This document shows positions 37,868 through 47,556 of a DNA stretch of 64,000 nt, piece after piece (position 1 is the first letter of the stretch; every line of letters starts with the position of its first letter). The DNA is from Pseudonocardiales bacterium (GTDB lineage: Bacteria; Actinomycetota; Actinomycetes; Mycobacteriales; Pseudonocardiaceae): contig JAHEXI010000008.1 in NCBI GenBank assembly GCA_023252195.1, forward strand, positions 96,980 to 160,979. Reading direction: 5' to 3'. The translations under genes were made by a program, and so were the position numbers. Under the pieces are notes generated by a model. It was not told the origin of the DNA. It made no database searches and saw nothing but the letters and a program-made list of their open reading frames with translations.

Positions 37868-40198
37868 TCAGGCGAGGTTGGGGGCGAGCACAGGGGGCAG
37901 GTCGCTGGGGTGCACGATGCACAGCCGTTGCGTCGAGCGGGTCAGAGCCACGTAGAGGTCGTTGAGACCGCGGGGTGACTCGGCCACGATCGCCGCCGGA
38001 TCGACCAGCACGACCGCGTCGAACTCCAGGCCCTTGGCCTGGTGCACGGTCAGCACGGTCACCGGTGCATCGAGGTCGTCGACGCCCGGCGCGCTCTGCT
38101 CTGATGACCCCAAGATCGTGCGCAGCTCGTCCACCCCAGCCGCCGGCGCGAGCACGGCGAGCCGGCCGTCGCCTACCGCGGTGGCCTCCTCGGCGACCAC
38201 CGCGGGCAACTCGTCGGCCAACGAGCCCACCCGAACCGCGCGGGGCGCCACGCCGCTGCGGCGCACCGACCGCGGCGGCGTGATGTCGACGTCGATGGCG
38301 GCTAGCACGCGGTCGGCGAGCTCCGCGATCTCGGCCGGGTTCCGGTAGTTGATCGTCAGCTCTTCCAGGTGCCACCGCTGCGCCACGTACGGACCGAGCA
38401 CGTCCTGCCACGAGGCCGCGCCGGCCCGGGACCCGGTCTGAGCGAGGTCCCCGACCACCGTCATCGAACGGCTCGGGCAGCGCCGCATGAGCACTCGCCA
38501 CGCCATCGGGGACAGCTCTTGGGCCTCGTCGATGATGATGTGACCGTAGGTCCAGGTGCGGTCCGCCGCGGCGCGCTCAGCGGTACTCTCGTAGCCGCGC
38601 GCCCGCTGCCGGTCGGCCAGCCGGTCGGCGTCGATCAGGTCGGTGGCGCGCAGCAGCTCAGGGTCGAGGTCCTCGTCGAGGTCCAGGATGTCCAGCACGC
38701 CCTGGGCGTACTGCAACTCCGCGCGCAGCGCGGCGGCCTCCCGGGCGGCCTCGGTGCTGCCGTCGGAGCCGAGCAGCTCGGCGGTCTCGTCCAGCAACGG
38801 CACGTCGGCGGGGGTCCACACCAGCTCGGGGTCGACGTCCGGGCTGGGCGCGGATCGCGCTAGCAGGTCGCGTTCCTGGTCCGGTAGCACCCGGTGGGTG
38901 GCGCTGGCCAGCCGCTGCGGATCGAAGTAGAGGTCGGTGAGCAGCTGCTCCGGCGACAGCGTGGGCCACAGCGTGTCCAGCGCAGCGGTCAGCTCGGGGC
39001 TCCCCCGTAACTCGGTGCGGATGTCCGCCAGGTCGCCACGGTTCAGAACGTCGCCGCCCAGGCCGTTGGCGATGCGGTCGGCGAGTACCGTCACGACCTC
39101 CTGGTGAAAGATCCGCTTGGCCTCGTTGTGTGGCCGGTGCGAACGCCGAGCCCTGGTGCGAGCCGGCTGGCACACCGCGCTGTCGAGCTGGATTCGCTGG
39201 GCCTCGACGGTGAGCTCGATCGGTTCGGTGGGTACCTGCTGGCGGTCCCGGATCGCTGCGGCCAGCACCTTCGCCATCTCCAGGCGACCCTTGACGGCGG
39301 CGGTCTCGTCGGGCTCGACGCCGCGGGCGTGCAACCCCGGATGCAGCTGCGCCACCGTGCACAGCAGCACGCTGGTCTCGCCTAGGGAGGGCAGCACGTG
39401 CCCGATGTAGCGCAGGAACGTCGAGTTGGGCCCGACGACCAGCACGCCGCGCTTGGCGAGCTGTCGGCGGTGGGTATAGAGCAGGTACGCGGCCCGGTGC
39501 AGCGCGACCGCGGTCTTGCCGGTGCCCGGCCCACCCTGGACGACGAGCACTCCCTGCGGCTTGGCCCGGATGATCCGGTCCTGCTCAGTCTGGATGGTCG
39601 CGACGATGTCGGCCATCTGGCCGGTGCGGCTCGCCGTCAGCGCGGCCATCAGCGCCGCCTCGCTGGTCAGGCTGACCCGGGTGGCGCTGTGCTCGACACC
39701 ACCGTCAGGTAGCACGTCGAGCACTTCGTCCTCGACGGCGAGCACCGTCCGGCTCCGAGTCCGGATGTGTCGGCGGCGGCGAACACCCTCGGGGCGCGCG
39801 GCGGTCGCGGTGTAGAACGGGCGGGCCGCGGGTGCCCGCCAGTCGATCAGCAGCGGTCGGTAGTCGTGTTCCTCGTCGAGCAGTCCGAGCCGCCCGATGT
39901 AACGCAGACCGTCCTCGTCATCGTCCTCATCACCGGAGCTGTGCAGGTCCAGCCGCCCGAAGCACAGGCCCTGCTCGACGCCGTCGAGGGTGGCGAGTTG
40001 GTCTGCGTACATCGCGGCGGCGGCGTCGCGTTCGCTGCGCGCTTGGGGGGTGTTCGCGTTGGGTGCTCTCAGGACTTGGGTGAGCCGCCCCACGGTGTAG
40101 CGGCGGCGCTCATCGAGATGCTGGTAGAGCAGGGTGAGGTAGTCCTGCTCTGCCGCCACCACGTCGGGCGTTGTTGTGGGAACCGACACGCGATGCAA
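37868..40198 (-). CDS. helD: HelD/HelR-type UvrD-like SF1 ATPase (RNA polymerase recycling/protection factor, actinobacterial class II)
   Basis: N-terminal RYIGRLGLLDEEHDYRPLLIDWRAPAARPFYTATAARPEGVRRRRHI, Walker A VVQGGPGTGKTAVALHR, IIIDEAQE, and C-terminal VHQAKGLEFDAVVLV. 776 aa. Confidence 0.85.
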   Translation of the reverse strand: MHRVSVPTTTPDVVAAEQDYLTLLYQHLDERRRYTVGRLTQVLRAPNANTPQARSERDAAAAMYADQLATLDGVEQGLCFGRLDLHSSGDEDDDEDGLRYIGRLGLLDEEHDYRPLLIDWRAPAARPFYTATAARPEGVRRRRHIRTRSRTVLAVEDEVLDVLPDGGVEHSATRVSLTSEAALMAALTASRTGQMADIVATIQTEQDRIIRAKPQGVLVVQGGPGTGKTAVALHRAAYLLYTHRRQLAKRGVLVVGPNSTFLRYIGHVLPSLGETSVLLCTVAQLHPGLHARGVEPDETAAVKGRLEMAKVLAAAIRDRQQVPTEPIELTVEAQRIQLDSAVCQPARTRARRSHRPHNEAKRIFHQEVVTVLADRIANGLGGDVLNRGDLADIRTELRGSPELTAALDTLWPTLSPEQLLTDLYFDPQRLASATHRVLPDQERDLLARSAPSPDVDPELVWTPADVPLLDETAELLGSDGSTEAAREAAALRAELQYAQGVLDILDLDEDLDPELLRATDLIDADRLADRQRARGYESTAERAAADRTWTYGHIIIDEAQELSPMAWRVLMRRCPSRSMTVVGDLAQTGSRAGAASWQDVLGPYVAQRWHLEELTINYRNPAEIAELADRVLAAIDVDITPPRSVRRSGVAPRAVRVGSLADELPAVVAEEATAVGDGRLAVLAPAAGVDELRTILGSSEQSAPGVDDLDAPVTVLTVHQAKGLEFDAVVLVDPAAIVAESPRGLNDLYVALTRSTQRLCIVHPSDLPPVLAPNLA

Positions 40199-40278
40199 TC
40201 CACCTTCTGCGCTTCGACGGGGAACCTGGCACTAGAACCAGTGGGCGGCTTCGGGCATTCCAAGACACCGCGGGCCTT

Positions 40279-40335
40279 CAACTCTACAGTTCCCGAACTC
40301 CACAGCTGCAGGCCGAGGGCCTGCCAGATCTCCTC
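40279..40335. repeat. Family-A element, partial copy A3 (left arm and internal segment only)
   Basis: CAACTCTACAGTTCCCGAACTCCACAGCTGCAG..CTGCCAGATCTCCTC shares the internal CTGCCAGATC(C)TCCTC with A2. No right arm was found. Confidence 0.6.
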
Positions 40336-40560
40336 GAAAGCCGTAGGCCTAGCCGCCGCCTGAAGCAACCGTTGTAACGGCAGGAAGCCTCCTCATGTTC
40401 TGCACGCGGTCCGAGGTATCGTCGACTCGATACCACAGTAAACGGCCGGTCAGAGAAATCGGTAGTGATCTGTCGGTGGTGGCGGTTAGTGTCGGTGCTC
40501 GATCTACCAGCGCAACCTGCGCTGCCAACACCCCCATCGATGCCGTGAGGTGGCCTCCGC

Positions 40561-42054
40561 ATGACCGAGCCGTCAGCGCTCGCTGCGCCGACACCCGACC
40601 CGGCCGCCGCGGTCAGCCGCCCCGGACTCGTCATCGGGCTGCTCGTGGTGTCCGCGTTCGTCATGATTCTCAACGAGACGATCCTGAGCGTGGCGTTGCC
40701 TCACCTGATTGTCGCCCTGGATGTCTCAGCCACTACCGTGCAGTGGCTGACCAGCGGTTTCCTGCTGACGATGGCTGTCGTCATCCCGACCACGGGTTTC
40801 CTGCTGCAGCGGATCACACCGCGCCAGGTGTTCCTGACCTCGATGACGCTGTTCAGCGCGGGCACGCTGATCTGCGCGCTCGCGCCGGGCTTTCCGGTGC
40901 TGCTCGTGGGGCGGGTCGTCCAGGCCTGCGGGACGGCGGTGATGATCCCACTGCTAATGACCACGGTGATGACGCTGGTCGCGGCCGAACGGCGCGGCGC
41001 CATGATGGGCAACATCACGCTGGTCATCGCGGTCGCGCCGGCGATCGGGCCGACGATCGGGGGTCTGGTCCTGGCCTCACTGGACTGGCGATGGATGTTC
41101 TGGAGCGTCCTGCCGCTCGCCGTCGTCATGCTCACCTTGGGTCTTGGTCTCATGCGCCTGAGCTCCGATACCCGATCGGTGCCCCTTGACCTCGTCTCCG
41201 TGCTGATCTCCGCGGCGGCGTTCAGCGGCATTGTGTACGGCTTCTCGGCCATCGGTGTGGCCGCCCAAGGCGGCGGGGGGGTGCCTCCATGGATCCCGAT
41301 CGTCGTGGGGGTGGTCGCGCTCATGGTGTTCGTGGCGCGCCAGTTGCGCCTGCAGCGAGCGGAACGAGCCCTCCTCGATCTGCGGCCCTTCACTCACCGT
41401 CCCTTCGTGGTGGCTGTCGTGCTGTCCGGCCTGGTTTTCATGTGCTTGCTCGGAACCGCCATCCTGCTGCCGCTCTATCTGCAGAGCGTGCTCGGCGTCG
41501 GCCCGCGTACCACCGGCCTCGCCCTGCTGCCCGGAGGTCTCGTGCTGGGCTTGCTCGGGCGGCCGGTCGGACGGCTCTACGACCGGTTCGGGGCGCGTCC
41601 GCTGCTCGTCCCGGGCTCGATCGCGATGGCGATCTCGCTGTGGCTGTTCGCCGCGCTGGGCGCGGGCGCTGCGCTCGCCGCGGTGATTGCGGTGCACATC
41701 CTGCTTATGGCCGCGCTCGGGCTGATGATGACGCCGCTGTTCGCCGAGGCCCTCGCGGTCCTCCCGAACACGCTGTACTCGCACGGCAGCGCCATCATGG
41801 CCACGCTGCAGCAGGTCGCTGGGGCCGCTGGCACCGCGGCCTTTGTCACTGTCGCCGCCGTCGCCTCGAACGGCCCACCGGGAGCCCTGGACGCCACCGG
41901 CCTACGGGCAGGGTTCATCGCTGCGGGAGTCATCGGCCTCTTGGCGGTCGTGACGTCCCTGTTCGTCCGCGGCAAGCAGCCCGACGATCCGAGCCGCGAG
42001 GTGGATGCAGACGCGGGGGTGAGCGAGAGTCCGACACTGGTCGTCGGCCACTGA
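40561..42054 (+). CDS. MFS transporter, DHA2 (14-TMS EmrB/QacA-like) drug:proton antiporter family
   Basis: 497 aa with 14 predicted helices. Has LNETILSVALPHL...GRVVQACGTAVMIPL. Confidence 0.85.
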   Translation: MTEPSALAAPTPDPAAAVSRPGLVIGLLVVSAFVMILNETILSVALPHLIVALDVSATTVQWLTSGFLLTMAVVIPTTGFLLQRITPRQVFLTSMTLFSAGTLICALAPGFPVLLVGRVVQACGTAVMIPLLMTTVMTLVAAERRGAMMGNITLVIAVAPAIGPTIGGLVLASLDWRWMFWSVLPLAVVMLTLGLGLMRLSSDTRSVPLDLVSVLISAAAFSGIVYGFSAIGVAAQGGGGVPPWIPIVVGVVALMVFVARQLRLQRAERALLDLRPFTHRPFVVAVVLSGLVFMCLLGTAILLPLYLQSVLGVGPRTTGLALLPGGLVLGLLGRPVGRLYDRFGARPLLVPGSIAMAISLWLFAALGAGAALAAVIAVHILLMAALGLMMTPLFAEALAVLPNTLYSHGSAIMATLQQVAGAAGTAAFVTVAAVASNGPPGALDATGLRAGFIAAGVIGLLAVVTSLFVRGKQPDDPSREVDADAGVSESPTLVVGH

Positions 42055-42100
42055 CGCGCACCGGCGGGTCGGCGGCCAGTTCGGCACCGGGGTCGGCGGA

Positions 42101-45100
42101 TCAGCCGGTGTAGACGCGGCCGGTGTAGCGCTGCCCGATCAGCGTGGGAAGCCGGGTCCAGCCGGCCCGTCGCAGCGTCTCGACGTGCAAGTCCACCAGA
42201 TCCACGGGGTGGAGGTAGATCACCTCGTCGACGTGGCCCCAGCCCAGCGTGGGGGCCCCCGGCGGGGTGAGCTGGGAGGGCAGCTCGACGAACTTGGCGG
42301 TGCGGTCGACCTGCAGCAGCGTGCCGCCGTTGTCGGCGAACGTCGAGTTGTAGAGGATCGAGCCCTCCATGCCGTCCGCGGCCCGTAGCCGCAGCGCGGG
42401 AGGCTGCACCAGGCCGTCTCGCACGGCGATCTGCTGCTCGCAGGGCCACAGGGCGGCGGAAACCTGGTCGGCGAACACCGGCCGGCCAGCGATGATGTCG
42501 GTGACCGGGCGGGGCGCGGTCAGTCGGGGTTGCGCGATCGCCAGCCAACTGTTCGGACCGGCCACGCGGTCCTGGGCCACCACCCGCACCGCGGTCGGCG
42601 CGGCCAGACCGGCGTCGGCCAGCGCCACGGTCAGCTCGGTCCAGTCGGGTTTGTCCCCGACTGCGGGCAGCGGCACCGTACGCACCTGCCCCGGTGTGGC
42701 CGGATCGCCGGTGGTCGGATCGCCGGTTGTCACCTGCACGGCCAGCCACTGTTCCTGGTTGAGCTTGCCCCGCATCGGCACGGTCACCGAGGCATCGACA
42801 AGGTGACCGGGCAGCGGGTACCAGGGAGTCTGCAGGGACCCGGTGCCAGTGCCGCTGGGCACGTCGTCGTGCCACACCGTGCTGTTCGGCGGTGCGCGCA
42901 GCGGTACCGGCGTCGATTCCGGCAGCGGTGCTGCCCGCATGTCGCCGGTCAGCGCCGCGGTCCCGACCGCTGGCCCTAACCCTGGTTTAGCGGTGGTGAG
43001 TGCCTGCACCGCCGGGGCCAAGCCGCAGGTCCGGCCGGTGAGCGCTCGCAGGTTCATCAGCGTCACCGAGGTGCCCGGGTACTGACGCAGCGGCGCGACG
43101 GTGAACACCAGCAGCATCAGCACCACTCCGAGGCCGGTCGCGGTGACCAGCACGGCCCGGGTTGGTCCCAGCCGGCGCAGCCACCACCAGCCCACTGCGG
43201 CCACGGCCAGCCACAGCAGCGGGTTGCGCAACGCCAGTGGTCCCAACGACGGCGCGAGCAAGCTCTGGTCGTAGGGCCTGTCGATGAGCAGGTGGTTGCC
43301 GAAGGGCTGACCCCAGTCCGACAACGGGCGCCACAGGTTGGGCCCAGCGAAGGCGACCGACACGGCGGCCACCAGCCCGGCGCTGCCGATGGCCATCGTC
43401 GCGGCGCTAACCCGACGAGGTAGCGGTGATCGGATCAGCGCAGCGGCCAGCAGCACGGTGGCCGGCGCTGCGACGGCCTCGAAGTGGTTCACCCATTTCG
43501 TCGGAGTGAGCGCCAACACGGCCAGGCCCAGCGCGGTGATCGCCGCTGCCTCACCCAGTAGCCGGCCGCTGCGCCCTGCGGTGCCGGGACGCCGCCCCGC
43601 GCCCAGTGCCACGGCTAGCAGCACACCCAGCGTCAGCAACACCGGCAGCCGCTTGCCCCACGCCCCCCGCTCGTCGGGCACCAGCAGGTCGGCGTAGTGC
43701 AGGTACTCGTCGTACCAAGCGTATTGACGGTAGTACCAGCGGTGCACCGCAACCGATTCCAGCACGTCGCCCAGGGTGGCGTCGGCGAAAGCGACCGGGA
43801 TGACGATCGAGGCGGCGGCGCCCACCAACAGCACCGCCGTGACCCGGCTGCGCGCAGACTCGGCCCGCCACCACTGCCACAGCCACGGCAGGCACACCAC
43901 CAACGGTGCGGCGGCGACCAGACCGGTGGGCGACGCCGTCACGGTGAGCGCAGCGACGGCGACGGCGACGGCGAACACCCCCACCGACCGACGCCGGCGG
44001 GCCAACTCGGACAACACGAGCACCCCTGCGGTGCCCAGCGCGATCAGCGGTTCGGGACGCAGCGTCATGCCGTAGGGCAGCCACCACAGCAGGTGCGCGG
44101 CCGCCACCGCCCACGCCGCCAAGGATCGCTGGGCCACCCGGCCAAGCGCCGTTGCGACCAGCACCCGGAGCAGGGCGTAGGTCGCCAGCCCGTAGGCCAG
44201 CGGCAGCAACCGCATCCAGCCCAGGCTCCAGTCGCCGCCGAGGGCGCCCCAGGCCTGCATGACGTACTGACTGGCGACAAACGGGTTCTCGGTGACGTTG
44301 AACTGGTAGATGACATTGCCGAGGTAGCCCGACTGCATCGCGTTGCGAGCCATCAGCAGATACCAGGAGTCGTCGATGTTGACCGGTCCCGCTAACACCC
44401 AGAACAGCGACACCGCGACGACCACAGCATCGGCCCAGGACGGGCGCGGTCGGACCAGGCCGGGTCCGGCGCCGCGCCACCACCGCCAGGCCAGCACGAG
44501 CAGTGCCGCCAGCGCGAGACCGTGCGCGACCAGCAATGCCGTCTTGAGCAACGTGGGATGTGACTGGTACCGCGCGTCAGTGTGCAGCTGTACCGAAAGA
44601 CCGCTGGCCCCCACCGCGTCCGTCTGCAGCTCAGCGACCTGCGGCACCAGCAGATCCGTCCGCGTGCCGATGCCGGCACCGTCCCTGGTCACTCGCACGC
44701 CGCCCGCATCGGCGAGCACCTGGTAGGAGCAGGGGCCGCCGGGCAGCGCCTGACGTAGCACCTCGGCACCGGAGGCGGTGACCGTCACGACACCCTGGTC
44801 CGCGGTCACCACCAGGCCCTCGCCCGGGGCGGTGCCCACGTCGGCGGGCACCGTGCGCAGTGCCTCACCCCCACCCGGGCGGGCGTCCAGCGCTCGCAGC
44901 GTCGCGCACGGAACCGTCGCGGTGAGCTGCAACGGGCGGTAGGGCGACAGTGGCAGCACCGTCGAGCTGGGTTGCTGTCCAGCACGTGGCCAGCTCACCA
45001 CCGGATCGTCGGCGATCACCGGCGCGAGCATCACCAGGATCCCCAACACCCCGGTGACCAGCGCCAGCGCCGCGATCACCCATCCCAGCCGGCGTCGATC

Positions 45101-45130
45101 CCCGACGTCGCGGCCAGCGCGGATAGGCAC
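42101..45130 (-). CDS. Emb-family GT-C arabinosyltransferase, paralog 2
   Basis: 1009 aa. Has GPVNIDDSWYLLMARNA, LTPTKWVNHF and a C-terminal CBM-like domain. It is closest to paralog 3. Confidence 0.9.
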   Translation of the reverse strand: MPIRAGRDVGDRRRLGWVIAALALVTGVLGILVMLAPVIADDPVVSWPRAGQQPSSTVLPLSPYRPLQLTATVPCATLRALDARPGGGEALRTVPADVGTAPGEGLVVTADQGVVTVTASGAEVLRQALPGGPCSYQVLADAGGVRVTRDGAGIGTRTDLLVPQVAELQTDAVGASGLSVQLHTDARYQSHPTLLKTALLVAHGLALAALLVLAWRWWRGAGPGLVRPRPSWADAVVVAVSLFWVLAGPVNIDDSWYLLMARNAMQSGYLGNVIYQFNVTENPFVASQYVMQAWGALGGDWSLGWMRLLPLAYGLATYALLRVLVATALGRVAQRSLAAWAVAAAHLLWWLPYGMTLRPEPLIALGTAGVLVLSELARRRRSVGVFAVAVAVAALTVTASPTGLVAAAPLVVCLPWLWQWWRAESARSRVTAVLLVGAAASIVIPVAFADATLGDVLESVAVHRWYYRQYAWYDEYLHYADLLVPDERGAWGKRLPVLLTLGVLLAVALGAGRRPGTAGRSGRLLGEAAAITALGLAVLALTPTKWVNHFEAVAAPATVLLAAALIRSPLPRRVSAATMAIGSAGLVAAVSVAFAGPNLWRPLSDWGQPFGNHLLIDRPYDQSLLAPSLGPLALRNPLLWLAVAAVGWWWLRRLGPTRAVLVTATGLGVVLMLLVFTVAPLRQYPGTSVTLMNLRALTGRTCGLAPAVQALTTAKPGLGPAVGTAALTGDMRAAPLPESTPVPLRAPPNSTVWHDDVPSGTGTGSLQTPWYPLPGHLVDASVTVPMRGKLNQEQWLAVQVTTGDPTTGDPATPGQVRTVPLPAVGDKPDWTELTVALADAGLAAPTAVRVVAQDRVAGPNSWLAIAQPRLTAPRPVTDIIAGRPVFADQVSAALWPCEQQIAVRDGLVQPPALRLRAADGMEGSILYNSTFADNGGTLLQVDRTAKFVELPSQLTPPGAPTLGWGHVDEVIYLHPVDLVDLHVETLRRAGWTRLPTLIGQRYTGRVYTG

Positions 45131-45293
45131 CGCGGCAGGGTACGACTAACGGAGTTGTCCCGTGTGGTGGGTGTCGGTCGCGACGGGTGCGGTGGCCTAG
45201 GGTGAGTGGAGGTGCGCCGGGAAGGCTGGTCGGCAGTGGCTGTCGGATGTCTTCAGGAGGTTGTCGTGTCTGCCGCCTTGACCTGGTCGCCGG

Positions 45294-46787
45294 GTGATTT
45301 CGGGGTCTGCGGTGGATGACGTCGTCCCGTTCGGTGTGGTCATCGCCATCATCAGCGTGGCTGGGCTGCTGGCGGTGTTGTCGAACCGGGTCAGCGAACG
45401 GATCCGGGTGCCGGCTCCAGCGATCTTCCTGGTAGCCGCCGCGGTTGCTTCGGACCTGGTACCGGCGCTGGGGCGGGTGCCCATTCTCACGGTGCAGCGG
45501 GTGGTCACCGTGATGCTGATCTTGTTGTTGTTCGACGGTGGTATGCACATCGGCTGGCGGCGGTTTCGCGCCGCTGGCGGCGGGGTGTTGTGGATCGGTG
45601 TGGTCGGCACTGTGGTCACCGCGGTGGGGGTGGCGGTGCTGGCGCACCTGGTGTTCGGGTTCGACTGGCGGGCCGGGCTGCTGCTGGGTGTCGCGGTGGC
45701 CCCTACTGACCCGGCCGTGGTGTTCTCGGTGTTGGGCCGCCGGGAGATCTCCGGCCGGTCGGGCACCCTGCTGGAGGGTGAGTCCGGGGTGAACGACCCG
45801 GTCGGTATCGCCGCGATGGCCGCGCTGCTGGCTGCCGGAACCGCCGGTGGCTGGCACGCCGTGGGCGCCGGGGTAGGCGAGTTCGCCCTGGAGATGGTCG
45901 TCGGTGCCGCGATCGGCATCGCGGCCGGGTACGCGTTGTCGGTGGCGATGCGCCGGGTACCACTGCCCAGCGGGGCGCTGTACCCGCTGCGGACCCTGTT
46001 GGGTGCCGGGGCGATCTACGGGCTGGCCAACCTGGCCCACGGGTCGGGGTTTCTCGCCGTGTTCGTCGCCGGAATCCTCGTCGGGGACCTGCGCGCCCCG
46101 TACAAGGCCGACATCGAACGGTTCCACTCGTCACTGGCCAGCTTGGCGGAAATCGTCGCGTTCGCCATGCTCGGCCTGACTGTGTCCCTGACTGGGCTGG
46201 CTCACGGCACCGCCTGGTGGGTCGGTCTGGCCTTGGCGGTGCTGCTGGCCCTGGTGGTGCGCCCGGTGCTGGTCGGGCTGCTCCTGCTGCCCATCAAGAT
46301 CAATAATGGTGAGCGGGTGTTCGTGATGTGGTCCGGGCTCAAAGGCGCGGTGCCTATCCTGCTGGGCACCTACATCCTGTCCGCCGGCGTACCAGGGGCC
46401 GACCGCCTGTACCAGATCGTGGTCGTCGTGGTGGCGTTCTCGGTGATCGTGCAGGGCGGCCTGGTGCCTACCGTGGCCCACCACACGGGAGTGCCCATGC
46501 GGGTCCTGCAACCCGAACCCTGGGCGCTGGGCATGCGTTTCCGCGACGAGCCCACCGGCTTGCACCGCTACGACGTCACCGCCGGCGCTCCCGCGGACGG
46601 CTGCACCATCGCCGACCTCGCGCTGGGCGAGGACACCTGGATCAGCATGATCAACCGGAACGGTGTCCTGGTACCCGTCCGCGGCGGCACCGTGCTGCAG
46701 GCCGGTGACGAGGTGCTGCTGCTGGCCGACCCGGACACCGACACCGACCCGCAGCCGCTGTTCACTCCGCGTCGCTCGACGTCGTGA
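45294..46787 (+). CDS. CPA1-family K+(Na+)/H+ antiporter with C-terminal RCK_C (TrkA-C) domain
   Basis: LLFDGGMH..., APTDPAVVFSVL, LLEGESGVNDPVGI, and C-terminal ...GGTVLQAGDEVLLLA. 497 aa. The stop codon lies within repeat B3. Confidence 0.85.
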   Translation: MISGSAVDDVVPFGVVIAIISVAGLLAVLSNRVSERIRVPAPAIFLVAAAVASDLVPALGRVPILTVQRVVTVMLILLLFDGGMHIGWRRFRAAGGGVLWIGVVGTVVTAVGVAVLAHLVFGFDWRAGLLLGVAVAPTDPAVVFSVLGRREISGRSGTLLEGESGVNDPVGIAAMAALLAAGTAGGWHAVGAGVGEFALEMVVGAAIGIAAGYALSVAMRRVPLPSGALYPLRTLLGAGAIYGLANLAHGSGFLAVFVAGILVGDLRAPYKADIERFHSSLASLAEIVAFAMLGLTVSLTGLAHGTAWWVGLALAVLLALVVRPVLVGLLLLPIKINNGERVFVMWSGLKGAVPILLGTYILSAGVPGADRLYQIVVVVVAFSVIVQGGLVPTVAHHTGVPMRVLQPEPWALGMRFRDEPTGLHRYDVTAGAPADGCTIADLALGEDTWISMINRNGVLVPVRGGTVLQAGDEVLLLADPDTDTDPQPLFTPRRSTS

Positions 46788-46844
46788 ACTCGACAGCACG
46801 GACGTTTCGGCGCCGAAAAATGTCGGTACCGTCGAGTTCACGAC
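46781..46844. repeat. Family-B 64-bp palindromic element, copy B3
   Basis: GTCGTGAACTCGACAGCACGGAC-18 nt-GTCGGTACCGTCGAGTTCACGAC lies between the convergent antiporter and vapC. Confidence 0.85.
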
Positions 46845-46865
46845 ATGGACCACCGGCGGCTGGGT

Positions 46866-47246
46866 TTAGCGGATGATCTGGATGGGGATGTCGACGTCGA
46901 GGGCGGCCCAGGCAGTGTGGGCGGTGACCGTGGTCAGGTCCAATCTGGCGGCCAAGGCCAGGCAGCATCGATCGCCCAGAGACAACCCCGCCGCGCGGGT
47001 GCTCGTCCACATGCGCGCGGCGGTGACCGCGTCGGCTTCGGTGAGCGGTTCTACCCGAACCCCGAGGGTGCGCAACCGGCTGGTGGCTCGCCCGGCGTCG
47101 GCGCCATGCTGGTGGAGCTTTTGCCAGGTCTCTGACCAGTTCGCCGCAGACATGACCGCGACGGGGAGCAGCGGGTGCACCACGTTGGCGCCGGGTTCGT
47201 CACGCAGCCACGCCAGCACCGCTGAGGCATCCAACACGACCGTCAC
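46866..47246 (-). CDS. vapC: PIN-domain ribonuclease toxin VapC
   Basis: VVLDASAVLAWL...E...D.. acidic PIN residues. 126 aa. ATGA-type 4-nt overlap with the upstream antitoxin. Confidence 0.85.
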   Translation of the reverse strand: MTVVLDASAVLAWLRDEPGANVVHPLLPVAVMSAANWSETWQKLHQHGADAGRATSRLRTLGVRVEPLTEADAVTAARMWTSTRAAGLSLGDRCCLALAARLDLTTVTAHTAWAALDVDIPIQIIR

Positions 47247-47554
47247 GATTGATCCTCACGGGTCGCTTCAGCGCGGCGGTCGGCGATGAGTTCGTCCACC
47301 ACTGATCCCCCACCTGCCCAAGCGGCGGCGACGTCACGACGGATGCGGTCGGCCAGCTGCTCACGAGTTTCAATTACCACCCGGCCGTCTTCGACGTATG
47401 CCACCAACGGCACTCCAGCCTCGATTCCCGCGGCGCGGCGCACCTGTGCCGGGATCGTCACTCGTCCCTGCTCGTTGACAGAGATTTCGACACCCGGCCA
47501 CTCTGACGGGATATGTGTCACAAGCTGAGAGTACCTGCCATGCGGCGGCTTCAC
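47243..47554 (-). CDS. vapB: AbrB/SpoVT-fold antitoxin VapB
   Basis: NEQGRVTIPAQVRRAAGIEAGVPLV..EDGRVVI is a swapped-hairpin motif. The start is uncertain (GTG 47554 or GTG 47521). Confidence 0.75.
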   Translation of the reverse strand: MKPPHGRYSQLVTHIPSEWPGVEISVNEQGRVTIPAQVRRAAGIEAGVPLVAYVEDGRVVIETREQLADRIRRDVAAAWAGGGSVVDELIADRRAEATREDQS

Positions 47555-47556
47555 GG

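Noticed and set aside
40199-40278. Rifamycin-associated element (RAE) upstream of helD; GGAACCtggcactAGAACC caught my eye.
   Set aside because: This is a direct rather than an inverted repeat, and I cannot reproduce the RAE consensus from memory. It is left as a check, not a call.
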